In this document: one piece after another, positions 33,786 through 42,842 of the stretch | Layout of the letters: every line of letters begins with the position of its first letter | Numbering within the stretch: position 1 is the first letter of the stretch | IMG/VR virus record: IMGVR_UViG_3300037424_001030 | Span: 1-48,203 of that record | DNA from: a virus | Length of the DNA: 48,203 nucleotides | Direction: 5' to 3' (one strand) | The notes under the pieces: generated by a model | The model's input: only the letters and a program-made list of their open reading frames with translations | Database searches by the model: none | What the model was told of the DNA's origin: nothing | Program-made: the position numbers and the translations under genes

Positions 33786-33821
33786 TTCAATCTACCAACT
33801 CACCAACCACCGAGCAACATC

Positions 33822-34436
33822 ATGAACCTCATCGACTCCAAATTCACCAACATCATGTGTGATATTGAAACTGCGGACAAGAAACCTACGTCTGCAATCC
33901 TGCAAATTGCATGTGCAGTTATGGGCAATCAAGAATTATCATTCCCGTTCGAAGGAACTGTGGGAATGAAGCATGAACAGCACGGTCGCACAATCTCTCT
34001 GGATACCATGTTCTGGTGGGCCGGGGATGACAAGCGAAACGAAGCCCGCAAGCAAGTGTGGAAATTGGATGGGCAAACTCTGTACGATGTTGTGCGCAAC
34101 TTCACGATGCACTTGGACACGATTCATTCTTCCTTGGGCAAGCCACTTCGCATTTGGACAAAAGGCCCCAGCTTTGACATAGGTATCATCTTGAGTGCCT
34201 GCGAACAATACAGCTTGGAATTCCCGATCTCTTTTCGTGAATTCAAATGCTACCGCACGGTGGCTGATTTGTATCCTTCCATCACGCAAAAGATGGGTAT
34301 GGATCACTACTACCAACAGGATTTCAGTGTGCGAGAATTCGCTGCCCACTCTGCCTATGGCGATGTGATCCTACAGGGTTTCCATCTGATGTTGATTGCT
34401 GAACGTTCCGGCGAGTACGGCCTTGTCCAGTTCTAA
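33822..34436 (+). CDS. DEDDh 3'-5' exonuclease (DnaQ/Rv2179c-like), 204 aa
   Basis: ExoI CDIETAD, ExoII GPSFDIGIIL, ExoIII HSAYGDV. Confidence 0.75.
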   Translation: MNLIDSKFTNIMCDIETADKKPTSAILQIACAVMGNQELSFPFEGTVGMKHEQHGRTISLDTMFWWAGDDKRNEARKQVWKLDGQTLYDVVRNFTMHLDTIHSSLGKPLRIWTKGPSFDIGIILSACEQYSLEFPISFREFKCYRTVADLYPSITQKMGMDHYYQQDFSVREFAAHSAYGDVILQGFHLMLIAERSGEYGLVQF

Positions 34437-35382
34437 TCCCATCATCCCAATCTTTCCTCTGACAATTTCCGCGGACAAAACTATCTCGCATTCTGGTCGC
34501 CAGATGTGGGGTACTTGTCCACGGAAATTTCAGCTGTCAAAGACAAAGACTTACTACAAGCGGGATCGTCAAGTATCAAAAGCATTGTCATTTGGCAAAG
34601 CATTTGGCACTGGACTGCAATCCCTGCTTGCAGGTGATTCCATTGAAGTTGCATTTATCAAGTCTGCCCTCGACCATGATAAGACGATGGCATTTGATAA
34701 GGATGCAATCGCTTCTGGGGAATCACTGGCTCACGTCCATGAAGCAATCATGGCATTCTATCACGGGCAACTCCCCTCCTTACGCGATGATTGGGAAGTT
34801 CTGGATATCGAAGGACTGTACGGGGTTGAACTTGCATTCCTGATTCAGTATGCCAACGGCACATTGGAGCGTGGATTCATTGACGTGATTCTGCAAAACA
34901 AACACACACAGGAAGTTGTTGTTCTTGAAGTTAAAACTTCTGGGGCATTATCAGTGGGCACCGATGCTGATTGGCAGAACTCTGCCCAAGGAACTATGTA
35001 TGTTATTGTTGTGCAATATCTTCTTGCGGCCCACAACATCCATGTAAATTCCAGAGTTCTCTATATCGAGTACAATAAAAAACATAAACAGTACACAATC
35101 TTCCCGTTCGAGAAACCCGCAAGGGAACAGTTGGAATTTCTGGTATCTTGCCACTATGATGTTGAAGCTCGCTCAATGTTGTTCAACACAGGAACCAAGC
35201 TTCTCAAGACCGGAAAGTGTGTTAGCTACAAACGTCAATGCGATTTCTTTGGTGTGTGCGATCTTGCAATCCCACTGGAATATGCAGAAGTCACGATGAA
35301 AGAATCCGAGGGGTTCCACTTCATCGAGTACGAAAAGATTTTCAACTTCGTCAAGGACAAACTCAATGCCAACACTCGCTGA
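34396..35382 (+). CDS. PD-(D/E)XK nuclease, Cas4/RecB-like with 4-Cys cluster, up to 328 aa (non-ATG start)
   Basis: N-terminal Cys in WGTCPRKF, the D...ExK core (FIDVIL, LEVKT) and C-terminal CVSYKRQCDFFGVC. The only in-frame starts before the conserved N-terminus are TTG/CTG. Confidence 0.75.
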   Translation: MLNVPASTALSSSNPIIPIFPLTISADKTISHSGRQMWGTCPRKFQLSKTKTYYKRDRQVSKALSFGKAFGTGLQSLLAGDSIEVAFIKSALDHDKTMAFDKDAIASGESLAHVHEAIMAFYHGQLPSLRDDWEVLDIEGLYGVELAFLIQYANGTLERGFIDVILQNKHTQEVVVLEVKTSGALSVGTDADWQNSAQGTMYVIVVQYLLAAHNIHVNSRVLYIEYNKKHKQYTIFPFEKPAREQLEFLVSCHYDVEARSMLFNTGTKLLKTGKCVSYKRQCDFFGVCDLAIPLEYAEVTMKESEGFHFIEYEKIFNFVKDKLNANTR

Positions 35383-36262
35383 AACAGGCGCAGAAAAACT
35401 GCCCCCGCATACGCTGATCTATGCCGAATCCAAAGTTGGCAAGACTCGGTTGTATGGGCGGCTGGCAAAGACCAGAAAGCTGGTGGTATTCGATGATGAA
35501 AGGTCTGCTAGAACCCTCTCGAATGCCGACAATTTGTCCCCCGAATACCACAAGAACATCAGCCTTTGGCAATTGCCGGATACAAAGACGTTCCCGATTG
35601 CCTCTGTCTCCATCCGCCAGATTCTGTCGTGCCCGCCCACGCAGGAATTCAACTTCTGCCACGCGCACGTGAATCACAATTGCCCGAAGTGCAAGATGCA
35701 GGGCAAGCCATTCTCCAAGTTCAGCGTGAAGAAAGATATCATGGATGTGAATGGCATCATGGTTATCGACACATTGTCACAGCTCACCAGTTCGTACATC
35801 GAGTTCATCCGCGCGAAGCAGAATCGTGGGCTTGAAGCCAACTTGATGAACTTGAATTTGGAGAAGCAAGAGACCATCGACAAATTCAAAGACGATGAAA
35901 AACTTGAATGGGATGACTGGGCCCATCTTGGGAATCTTTGCTGGGAATTGTTGAAAGCAATTCAGACTGCCCCATTCGAAGTGATTGCAGTTACCCACCC
36001 GGTAATGGCGAAATACGAAGATGGATCAAGCAAGATCACCCCTTCGATGGGCTCAGACAAATTCGCAATCAAAGTTGCCAACCATTTTGACAACGTCATC
36101 TACGGTGAAATCAAGCTTGGTAAATACAACTGGCAAACAATGCCTTCGCTGAATGGCGCAATCGTTGGCAGTCGTGATAACATTGATATTGCCAAAGTCG
36201 ACGAGAAGAAACATTACTCGTTGCTCGAACCTTTCCATCCAGCTGCTGGTCTGTCAGCTTGA
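35366..36262 (+). CDS. Sak4-like (AAA_24/RecA-fold) ATPase, 298 aa
   Basis: Walker A LIYAESKVGKT, then LVVFDDE, and Walker B-like IMVIDTLS. There is a Cys/His-rich insertion FCHAHVNHNCPKCK. Confidence 0.7.
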   Translation: MPTLAETGAEKLPPHTLIYAESKVGKTRLYGRLAKTRKLVVFDDERSARTLSNADNLSPEYHKNISLWQLPDTKTFPIASVSIRQILSCPPTQEFNFCHAHVNHNCPKCKMQGKPFSKFSVKKDIMDVNGIMVIDTLSQLTSSYIEFIRAKQNRGLEANLMNLNLEKQETIDKFKDDEKLEWDDWAHLGNLCWELLKAIQTAPFEVIAVTHPVMAKYEDGSSKITPSMGSDKFAIKVANHFDNVIYGEIKLGKYNWQTMPSLNGAIVGSRDNIDIAKVDEKKHYSLLEPFHPAAGLSA

Positions 36263-36355
36263 TAACTTACTGCTCCAACAGACCAAACAATCCAGAAACT
36301 TAAAACCTTTCTACCTTTCCCTTTCTCCATCAACCTTTCCAATAGGAACCTTTCC

Positions 36356-36775
36356 ATGAGCACCAATGACACTCCAATGAGCTTTGAAGACATTGACGTT
36401 TCCGGCGTCGAAGCAGCAGCATCATTCGCCAATCCGCCGTCCGGCCAATATATCGTCAACGTTTCGATGGCCCAAAAACTGGTGGCAGAAAAGCGTGCCA
36501 TTTCCATCGACATGGAACTGGTTGACATCATTGACATTGGCACGCAACATACAGAAATGCCTGCTGTGCCAGGTCAGAAGTTCAACTCGCTGGCATTCAT
36601 CGACAAGGCCGAACGCATTCCGTACGTGAAACGCGATCTGGCCGTGTTCTTTGAATCGGTTGGAACGCAGTCGGTGAACGTGATGACTGCTGCTGTGCAA
36701 AATCTGCGCTGCAAAATCGTGTGGGCGTATGACCGCAACGATTACCCGCGCGTGATTTCCTACGAAATCGTGTGA
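36356..36775 (+). CDS. DUF669-like putative ssDNA-binding protein, 139 aa
   Basis: The N-terminal FEDIDVSGVE...PPSGQYIV pattern and the position after a Sak4-like ATPase fit the usual DUF669 context. C/G-ending codons. Confidence 0.5.
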   Translation: MSTNDTPMSFEDIDVSGVEAAASFANPPSGQYIVNVSMAQKLVAEKRAISIDMELVDIIDIGTQHTEMPAVPGQKFNSLAFIDKAERIPYVKRDLAVFFESVGTQSVNVMTAAVQNLRCKIVWAYDRNDYPRVISYEIV

Positions 36776-37050
36776 TGCATTCGCCCGCACGTCCTGTTGT
36801 AGAAGTGAATCCAAACTTCGTGCAACAGTACAAGGAAATCAAAATGCTGGCAGATGTTGCTTTGGCAGCCGCTGGCCAGGAAGATTTGGATACATTGCAC
36901 GTAGTTCACCACAAGATGATTGCAGCTGCAATTAATCTGGCGCAGTTCAGTTTCTTCGGGCTGAGCGTGAAGCGCATCAATGATCAAGTTCAGGCGAGCA
37001 AGAAGCCGGAAGAAGATCAACAAACTCCTATCGAACATCATCCGGTCTGA
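36775..37050 (+). CDS. Hypothetical protein, 91 aa
   Basis: TGATG stop/start overlap with the upstream gene. Confidence 0.55.
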   Translation: MHSPARPVVEVNPNFVQQYKEIKMLADVALAAAGQEDLDTLHVVHHKMIAAAINLAQFSFFGLSVKRINDQVQASKKPEEDQQTPIEHHPV

Positions 37051-37061
37051 GTTTTCTGATC

Positions 37062-37094
37062 GAGTGAGTTAGGTTCAAAAGACTTAGCTCATTC
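37062..37094 (+). other. Plus-strand-specific RNA hairpin (12-bp stem with 3 G-U pairs)
   Basis: GAGTGAGTTAGG-loop(9)-CTTAGCTCATTC. No U-tract follows. Confidence 0.45.
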
Positions 37095-37142
37095 CAGTCA
37101 GAGTATTTAATCAACAATCGACTACAATCAACATCGAATATC

Positions 37143-37523
37143 ATGTCAATCACAGATTCAACTCTTCCGCGAATCTTGGCCCATCGAGTTGCTACGGAAA
37201 AGGAGCAGGATAAATCTCCTGTTCCACCGGAATTCTATGTAGTTCAGATTGCAATCAATGAATCGACAACGCCATGTATCACTGGGCTAGCTCATGCCAG
37301 TGATACATTTGGTGATTCAGCATTATATGACTCCAACGATGCGGTAGCAGTTGTACTCAGGAATCTTGGCAAAGCAGATTATCTTGATCTGACTTCCCCA
37401 ATGCCATTCGATGTTGCAGAAACCAAATACTTGCGGGCAGTTGGTATTGCCATGGATAAGCAGAAAGATTGTCGCTGCTTTGGCCACACCAAATTCCGCT
37501 TGGCGAAAGATGAAAAAGATTGA
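37143..37523 (+). CDS. Hypothetical protein, 126 aa
   Basis: ORF with an ATCATG start context. Confidence 0.6.
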   Translation: MSITDSTLPRILAHRVATEKEQDKSPVPPEFYVVQIAINESTTPCITGLAHASDTFGDSALYDSNDAVAVVLRNLGKADYLDLTSPMPFDVAETKYLRAVGIAMDKQKDCRCFGHTKFRLAKDEKD

Positions 37524-37604
37524 TTGGAAAGAGTTAATACCTTTTCCTTTCATGGGGGATATCATAGGATTCCTTCTTGTTCAATTGTTAATTTGGATAT
37601 TCAA

Positions 37605-37907
37605 ATGAATGGCCCATCAACACCTGCGCAGAAACGTGCGCAACATCTTCGTGGTTTACTTGGTTCAATTGGCTCAGCAATCCAGCATGCGGGAAGTTCA
37701 ATTAGGGCATTAAAATTGGAATGCAAGGAAGACACTTCAATGAAGACTTCCTTGAATCGTTTGATGATTGAGGACTTAGAGAGGTTGATTGGTAACTTGG
37801 TTGCCACCAAGAACAAGATCGAAACTCTGAACGATCATTATAGAAATTATCCCAAGCCTACTCCGACCAAATGGGAAAAGATGGTAGCCAAAGAAGAGCA
37901 GGAATAG
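37605..37907 (+). CDS. Hypothetical protein, 100 aa
   Basis: Start moved to the first ATG (MNGPSTPAQKR...). Confidence 0.5.
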   Translation: MNGPSTPAQKRAQHLRGLLGSIGSAIQHAGSSIRALKLECKEDTSMKTSLNRLMIEDLERLIGNLVATKNKIETLNDHYRNYPKPTPTKWEKMVAKEEQE

Positions 37908-37911
37908 ATTC

Positions 37912-40191
37912 ATGCAACTCGCCCATAAAATCTCCACTGCGTTAGCCGCCAACAACAAAAAGGTCAACATCAAACTGGATATTCCACAGGATCAAATGTC
38001 GGACTTCATGTCCTTCAAATCAATCTTGTCTGAATTCCAGCAGTGGTGCAACTTCTACCCACCATCGACTACAACAAAATGTGACTATACAATCTCGTCG
38101 AATCCGGATACATTGAAAGAAGCATTTGGTAAGCGGGAAGTTACATTGTCCGCTGCAGCAGGTTCCATTGTTAATGGGACTTTGTTTGTTTTTCCGATGG
38201 CGAGAACAAGAACTCAATCGGGCGACATTCGATTCATCTTAACTCGGTGGATTCAGAAGCTAATCAACCCTGAGAAGTTTTATCGTGCAGGACAATTCTC
38301 CTGGGCCCTGGTTGACCACGATTGCACATTGATGGATGCAGTCGAATTCCTGAACGAATGCACGTTCCAAGCATGGGACATGGAGAACTCTGGCCGGCAA
38401 GATATTATACCATCCATCAACGGAATCTCAGGACTCCACAAGGATGGAAGAATTCGTACGTTTGTATTTGATTTCAGAAACTGGTATCATGTAAAAGCAC
38501 TACAACTCCTGGCCGCATCCGATGCAGTGAAGATTACCCAGAACGGAACGTATGATATTTCATACTACTTCCGATGGGGAATGCCACTGAAGAATTGGTA
38601 TCTCGATACCTTCAACATGATGCATGCATGGTATGCAGAGCTGCCGCGGGACTTGGGGTTCATTTCCTCATTCATGATTCGAGAGTTCGCTTATTGGAAG
38701 GATGAATCCAATGGCAACTTCATGGAGTACTGCAGATACAATGCCAAAGATGCGTGGGCAACTCTACATTGTGCTTTGGCGATATTGCTTGAATGGCCAG
38801 AGTGGGCAAAGAAAAATTATGCAATCCAATTCCCCTACCAAATCCCCCTCATTCAAGCAGGCATGCATGGCCTCAGAATTGACGAAAAATTCCGGGCAGA
38901 GAAAGCAGAAGAGTCTGAAGCAAAGTCGGATGAGATTCTCCGAAGACTTCGATACATTCTCGGTGACCCTCTTTTCAATCCTGCGTCGCCAGATCAAGTA
39001 GTCTTGATGCTGAAGTGTATCGGGGGTTCTGAGTTCGAATCATCCGATGCATCGACAATGGAAGCATTCAGCTTCAAGCATCCGTTCAATGCAACGATTG
39101 CTGAACTGATCACGGACTATCGAAAAGAAATAAAAGCCAAGTCAAATTATTGGGATGTGCTGACTTGGGGCGGGAGATTGTACTACAAGTTTCTTGCGGG
39201 CGGAACTGAGACAGGAAGACTATCGGGTAAATCATCCGACTTCGCATTCAATGAAAACCACGGAGAGCTGATCAAGCCCAAGTGGATTCATTTCGGTTTC
39301 CAGATTCAAAACGTTCCATACTATGCCAAGAAAATGATCTTGGCAGATGAAGGGTTCTTACTTTATGAAGCCGATAAAGAGCAGGCTGAGACTCGATGCA
39401 CAGCATACCTTGCCCAGGAAAAAAGTCTCATTCATCGTGTCGAGCATGAGCCCGACTTCCATTGCGCCAACGTCACTGCATTCTTCGGAATCCCGTTTGA
39501 TCAAGTATATGACCCTAACGGAAAAACCAAGGATGAAAAGGTTCTTCTGCCGGACATACGTCAACTTACAAAGAAGCTCAATCACGGCGCCTCATACAAC
39601 ATGGCGTGGCAAGTCCTACTTGTCAACATGGGAGAGAAGAACGTTTGGAAAGCGAAATCATTGTTGAAACTCCCAAGAGATTGGGGGCTTAAGGAAGTTA
39701 CCCAGTTCCTTATCTCCAAGTTTTGCGAAGCTGTTCCGCACCTCAAGGGAATCAATTACTCGAAGACCTCACACTCAAGGGGAGTCACCCATCTGTTCAC
39801 AGAGCAAACATACTATGCTGAAATTATCACAGCGGTTGAGCAATCGAGAAAGTTTGTATCCCCGCTAGGATGGACTCGATATTGTTTCGACAATCCACGG
39901 ATGAATAAACCTGCGATGAATGCGTATGTGGCGCATCCAAGTCAGAACTTGTCCGTGGGGGATGTAAACGAATCCATGCTGCGGATGTACAACGATAAGC
40001 GGTTGCAGAACTTTGACGAGTTCAGGGTTAATGGGCAGGTTCACGATTCGATTCCGTATCAAATCAGGATCGGATTGGAGGAGAAATACAATCCAATTGT
40101 TCGGGAGTTGTTTGAAAAGCCAATCATCGTGCACGGAAGAAGCATGTTGATTCCTGTTGATATCTCTAAGGGGAAAGAATCATGGAAGTAA
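37912..40191 (+). CDS. Family A DNA polymerase with 3'-5' exonuclease domain, 759 aa
   Basis: Exo motifs WDMEN, NGTYDISYY, YNAKDAW. Pol motif A LYEADKEQAETR, motif B RQLTKKLNHGASYNM, motif C GQVHDSI. Confidence 0.85.
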   Translation: MQLAHKISTALAANNKKVNIKLDIPQDQMSDFMSFKSILSEFQQWCNFYPPSTTTKCDYTISSNPDTLKEAFGKREVTLSAAAGSIVNGTLFVFPMARTRTQSGDIRFILTRWIQKLINPEKFYRAGQFSWALVDHDCTLMDAVEFLNECTFQAWDMENSGRQDIIPSINGISGLHKDGRIRTFVFDFRNWYHVKALQLLAASDAVKITQNGTYDISYYFRWGMPLKNWYLDTFNMMHAWYAELPRDLGFISSFMIREFAYWKDESNGNFMEYCRYNAKDAWATLHCALAILLEWPEWAKKNYAIQFPYQIPLIQAGMHGLRIDEKFRAEKAEESEAKSDEILRRLRYILGDPLFNPASPDQVVLMLKCIGGSEFESSDASTMEAFSFKHPFNATIAELITDYRKEIKAKSNYWDVLTWGGRLYYKFLAGGTETGRLSGKSSDFAFNENHGELIKPKWIHFGFQIQNVPYYAKKMILADEGFLLYEADKEQAETRCTAYLAQEKSLIHRVEHEPDFHCANVTAFFGIPFDQVYDPNGKTKDEKVLLPDIRQLTKKLNHGASYNMAWQVLLVNMGEKNVWKAKSLLKLPRDWGLKEVTQFLISKFCEAVPHLKGINYSKTSHSRGVTHLFTEQTYYAEIITAVEQSRKFVSPLGWTRYCFDNPRMNKPAMNAYVAHPSQNLSVGDVNESMLRMYNDKRLQNFDEFRVNGQVHDSIPYQIRIGLEEKYNPIVRELFEKPIIVHGRSMLIPVDISKGKESWK

Positions 40192-40421
40192 GAACTGCTG
40201 ACATGGTGCAACTCCGCAGGGAAATGAAGAAGTCAGTCGAGTTCGTCGAACGACTTCAACAATTCCACCTGTCCACGAAACCAATGTTCTTTCATAGGGA
40301 TTCGTGGAATACAACCAATGACATGTTGCATGATATCAAGATGACACAGAAAGACAACTTGAATCTACTGGACATGGCACTTCGGGATTTGAATCATGGC
40401 ATTGCACAACCTCGACGATAA
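40182..40421 (+). CDS. Hypothetical protein, 79 aa
   Basis: ORF overlapping the polymerase stop. SD AGGGGA. Confidence 0.5.
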   Translation: MEVRTADMVQLRREMKKSVEFVERLQQFHLSTKPMFFHRDSWNTTNDMLHDIKMTQKDNLNLLDMALRDLNHGIAQPRR

Positions 40422-40662
40422 GCTTTGGTTCGGCAAATACAAGGGCGCCGAATTCCAGTGGATCATGAAGAATGACCCTGGGTATATCTCTTGGTGTATC
40501 AAGTCTGGCGCGTTGAAACAAAATGAATTACCAACAGAAGTTGGGGAGGTTAATGATCAATATGAATTGGATAGGGAAGAAGTAGAAGATAATATTGCAA
40601 ACTTTTGGGGCACCGAGAGTCTACCATTTTCAACCTCAGTCAGAGTAACCGATCAGGAGTAA
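40396..40662 (+). CDS. DUF3820-like protein, 88 aa
   Basis: LWFGKYKGAEFQWIMKNDPGYISW matches the FGK[YH]KG...P..Y..W motif of the DUF3820/ExoX C-terminal family. Confidence 0.55.
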   Translation: MALHNLDDKLWFGKYKGAEFQWIMKNDPGYISWCIKSGALKQNELPTEVGEVNDQYELDREEVEDNIANFWGTESLPFSTSVRVTDQE

Positions 40663-40664
40663 TC

Positions 40665-40874
40665 ATGAATCCGTCAATGGAGCTCAGCTATTGTAGCGAA
40701 CCGTTCATGGAGCAGTTCGAGCCAATCAACCACAATACCAGTGTGCATACTTGGGTGTACATTGGGACTATACCGGCAATCAAATTCCCCGGAATGGTTA
40801 TGGACAAGTACCAAAACTTTGTCACCGGCCAGTGGGAATACCGAAACATGCGGAAGGAGGAAATCCCAAAATGA
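40665..40874 (+). CDS. Hypothetical protein, 69 aa
   Basis: AGGAGTAATCATG start. Confidence 0.55.
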   Translation: MNPSMELSYCSEPFMEQFEPINHNTSVHTWVYIGTIPAIKFPGMVMDKYQNFVTGQWEYRNMRKEEIPK

Positions 40875-41074
40875 GTGCCTCACCATTTGAAACTCAGCCC
40901 AAAGTCTTTGTCGTGGTAGGTCCGAAAGGACTGTATTATACTGGCCTCCATGCAGATGAACAATCTACCTGGACTGTGGCCTTTGGCTGGCCGGACGAAG
41001 AAGATATCAAGGGCTACAAAAACATGGGGTACTATGTGGCCGAAGCAACAATCACCTGGAAAGAACCAACATGA
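40871..41074 (+). CDS. Hypothetical protein, 67 aa
   Basis: ATGA overlaps on both sides. Confidence 0.55.
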   Translation: MSASPFETQPKVFVVVGPKGLYYTGLHADEQSTWTVAFGWPDEEDIKGYKNMGYYVAEATITWKEPT

Positions 41075-41274
41075 GCAAACTCTCAACTCTATTCTTCCGA
41101 ATTCTCCATTCGTGTGACTTCTCCGATGGATTCCTTTACTGGTTTTACACGGTGATCGTGCGAACATTGGAATGCAAATGCTGCATATTCTATCGCGGGA
41201 TTGCTGTAGGATTCATTTTTGGGGTGTCCTGGGCATTTCTTGTTCTAAAATTCTTTATGTGGATTGCGAGCTAA
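41071..41274 (+). CDS. Small membrane protein, 67 aa (two hydrophobic segments, Cys-rich loop)
   Basis: FLYWFYTVIV and IAVGFIFGVSWAFLVLKFFMWI. Confidence 0.55.
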   Translation: MSKLSTLFFRILHSCDFSDGFLYWFYTVIVRTLECKCCIFYRGIAVGFIFGVSWAFLVLKFFMWIAS

Positions 41275-41276
41275 TC

Positions 41277-41657
41277 ATGTTTCTCAAACTATCCATTGAC
41301 TTCATCGAGACTGATAACTACGGGACAATGGTGAAAGAATTTTGGATTGGAGATATGCTCCATCAACGAATTTCCCTGGACTCCTATGCAAAGCAATTCC
41401 CCGCAGTGAAAATTTCCCTGGATGATGCGGCACAATTCACTGGCGGAGGATTGCTGGATGTGGGACTGCTGGACAGCATTGTTCAACAACTGATCCTCCA
41501 GTTGGAGAGTGGAGAAAAGCGTGGCATAATAACCACTCCGCAGATGATGGCAGCATTCTGTGAGCTGCTGTTGGATTTCGATATCCTGCATTCCCCAGAA
41601 GAAAAATTCTTTGATGAATACCTTCTGGGCGAAAAGGTTGCCGCAAGAATCACATAA
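41277..41657 (+). CDS. Hypothetical protein, 126 aa
   Basis: Start moved to the ATG at 41277 (TAATCATG). Confidence 0.55.
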   Translation: MFLKLSIDFIETDNYGTMVKEFWIGDMLHQRISLDSYAKQFPAVKISLDDAAQFTGGGLLDVGLLDSIVQQLILQLESGEKRGIITTPQMMAAFCELLLDFDILHSPEEKFFDEYLLGEKVAARIT

Positions 41658-41666
41658 CTATCCCTC

Positions 41667-42842
41667 ATGATCTTCAATAACTACTTCGAGCTGTCAGAGG
41701 TCACAGAGCCTTCAAAGACATTACATCGCTGGTGTTGCCTGTCTTTGCTGGCCGGGGTAGTTGGGACAAGCGTATACGTTAGGCACGGCAATACCAAACT
41801 ATACCCCAACCTGTACGTTGTTTTGCTGGGAACTCTGAGTTCCAAATACCCAGCAGCAATTGAATTGTTAAAGACAATATATAGTGTTGGTGGCAAGGAT
41901 GTGGTAGTGGGGGATGCTCAAGCAATTTGGGCAAGATTGGAAGAGTGCCAGCCAGCCGATAAAATCTTGGAAGCAAAGATGGAAGGGGAAATTCCTGACA
42001 CTCCAACATTCACTAATGGAATTACCACAGTCACCAAGCAATTGGAAATTCTGCAGGATGGGTGGAATCATCAAGGGTTTCTTACAACATCAGGCAAATC
42101 CAAGAAGACTGTGGAGTTCATGAACCCCAGGTTGAACCTGCTGCTATCCACAACCCCAGATATTTTTGCCCAAGTGTTTCCCTCCAACAATGTGAACACT
42201 CACTTGCTCTCCCAACTGATTATTGTCAACGGCGGAAATCCAAGGAAAAAAATAGCATGGCCATTGCCTTACTCCGAGGCCAGATTGAAATTGTTGCGGG
42301 AGGAATTAGGAAGGGCCACGAAATTGATTGGGGAAATGAAATTCTCAGAGGATGCAAAAGAATTCCTGACTGCAGCATACAATCAGTGGGTGCCGATTGC
42401 AGATTCCAGGCTAATGTCCTATGCATCCCATCGACATATCCAGCTGATTAAAATCGCAATGTTGGTCGCAGTTGAGAAATTCAATTTGCATATCACCAAG
42501 GGAGATGTGATTGAGGCTGCAAAGATGTTGAGTTTCGCTGAGGCTCAGATGCCAGTTGCGCTCGGGGAGTACGGGATTGATAAACAGTCTCACATCCGCG
42601 GCAGGATTATGCACTTGTTGAACTCTAGGTTTCCAGAGACTTCGACACTTGGGGATATCTTCAAAGCGGTTCAACAGGATGTGAAGAATTACACTGAAGT
42701 AGCAGACTTGGTTAACAGTCTGATAATGGCAGGAAAGATTGTCGCAACGAATCGAACATTCGCTCCGGTTAACCAGACCGGATTCTATGAGCAAGAAACC
42801 ATGCATTTGGATTTTTCAACACTTTGGGAAGGTAAACCATGA
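41667..42842 (+). CDS. DUF3987-like protein with degenerate P-loop, 391 aa
   Basis: LSLLAGVVGTSVYV....LYPNLYVVLLGTLSSKYPAA and NLLLSTTPDIF fit the remembered DUF3987 layout. GKS/T is replaced by SSKY. Confidence 0.4.
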   Translation: MIFNNYFELSEVTEPSKTLHRWCCLSLLAGVVGTSVYVRHGNTKLYPNLYVVLLGTLSSKYPAAIELLKTIYSVGGKDVVVGDAQAIWARLEECQPADKILEAKMEGEIPDTPTFTNGITTVTKQLEILQDGWNHQGFLTTSGKSKKTVEFMNPRLNLLLSTTPDIFAQVFPSNNVNTHLLSQLIIVNGGNPRKKIAWPLPYSEARLKLLREELGRATKLIGEMKFSEDAKEFLTAAYNQWVPIADSRLMSYASHRHIQLIKIAMLVAVEKFNLHITKGDVIEAAKMLSFAEAQMPVALGEYGIDKQSHIRGRIMHLLNSRFPETSTLGDIFKAVQQDVKNYTEVADLVNSLIMAGKIVATNRTFAPVNQTGFYEQETMHLDFSTLWEGKP

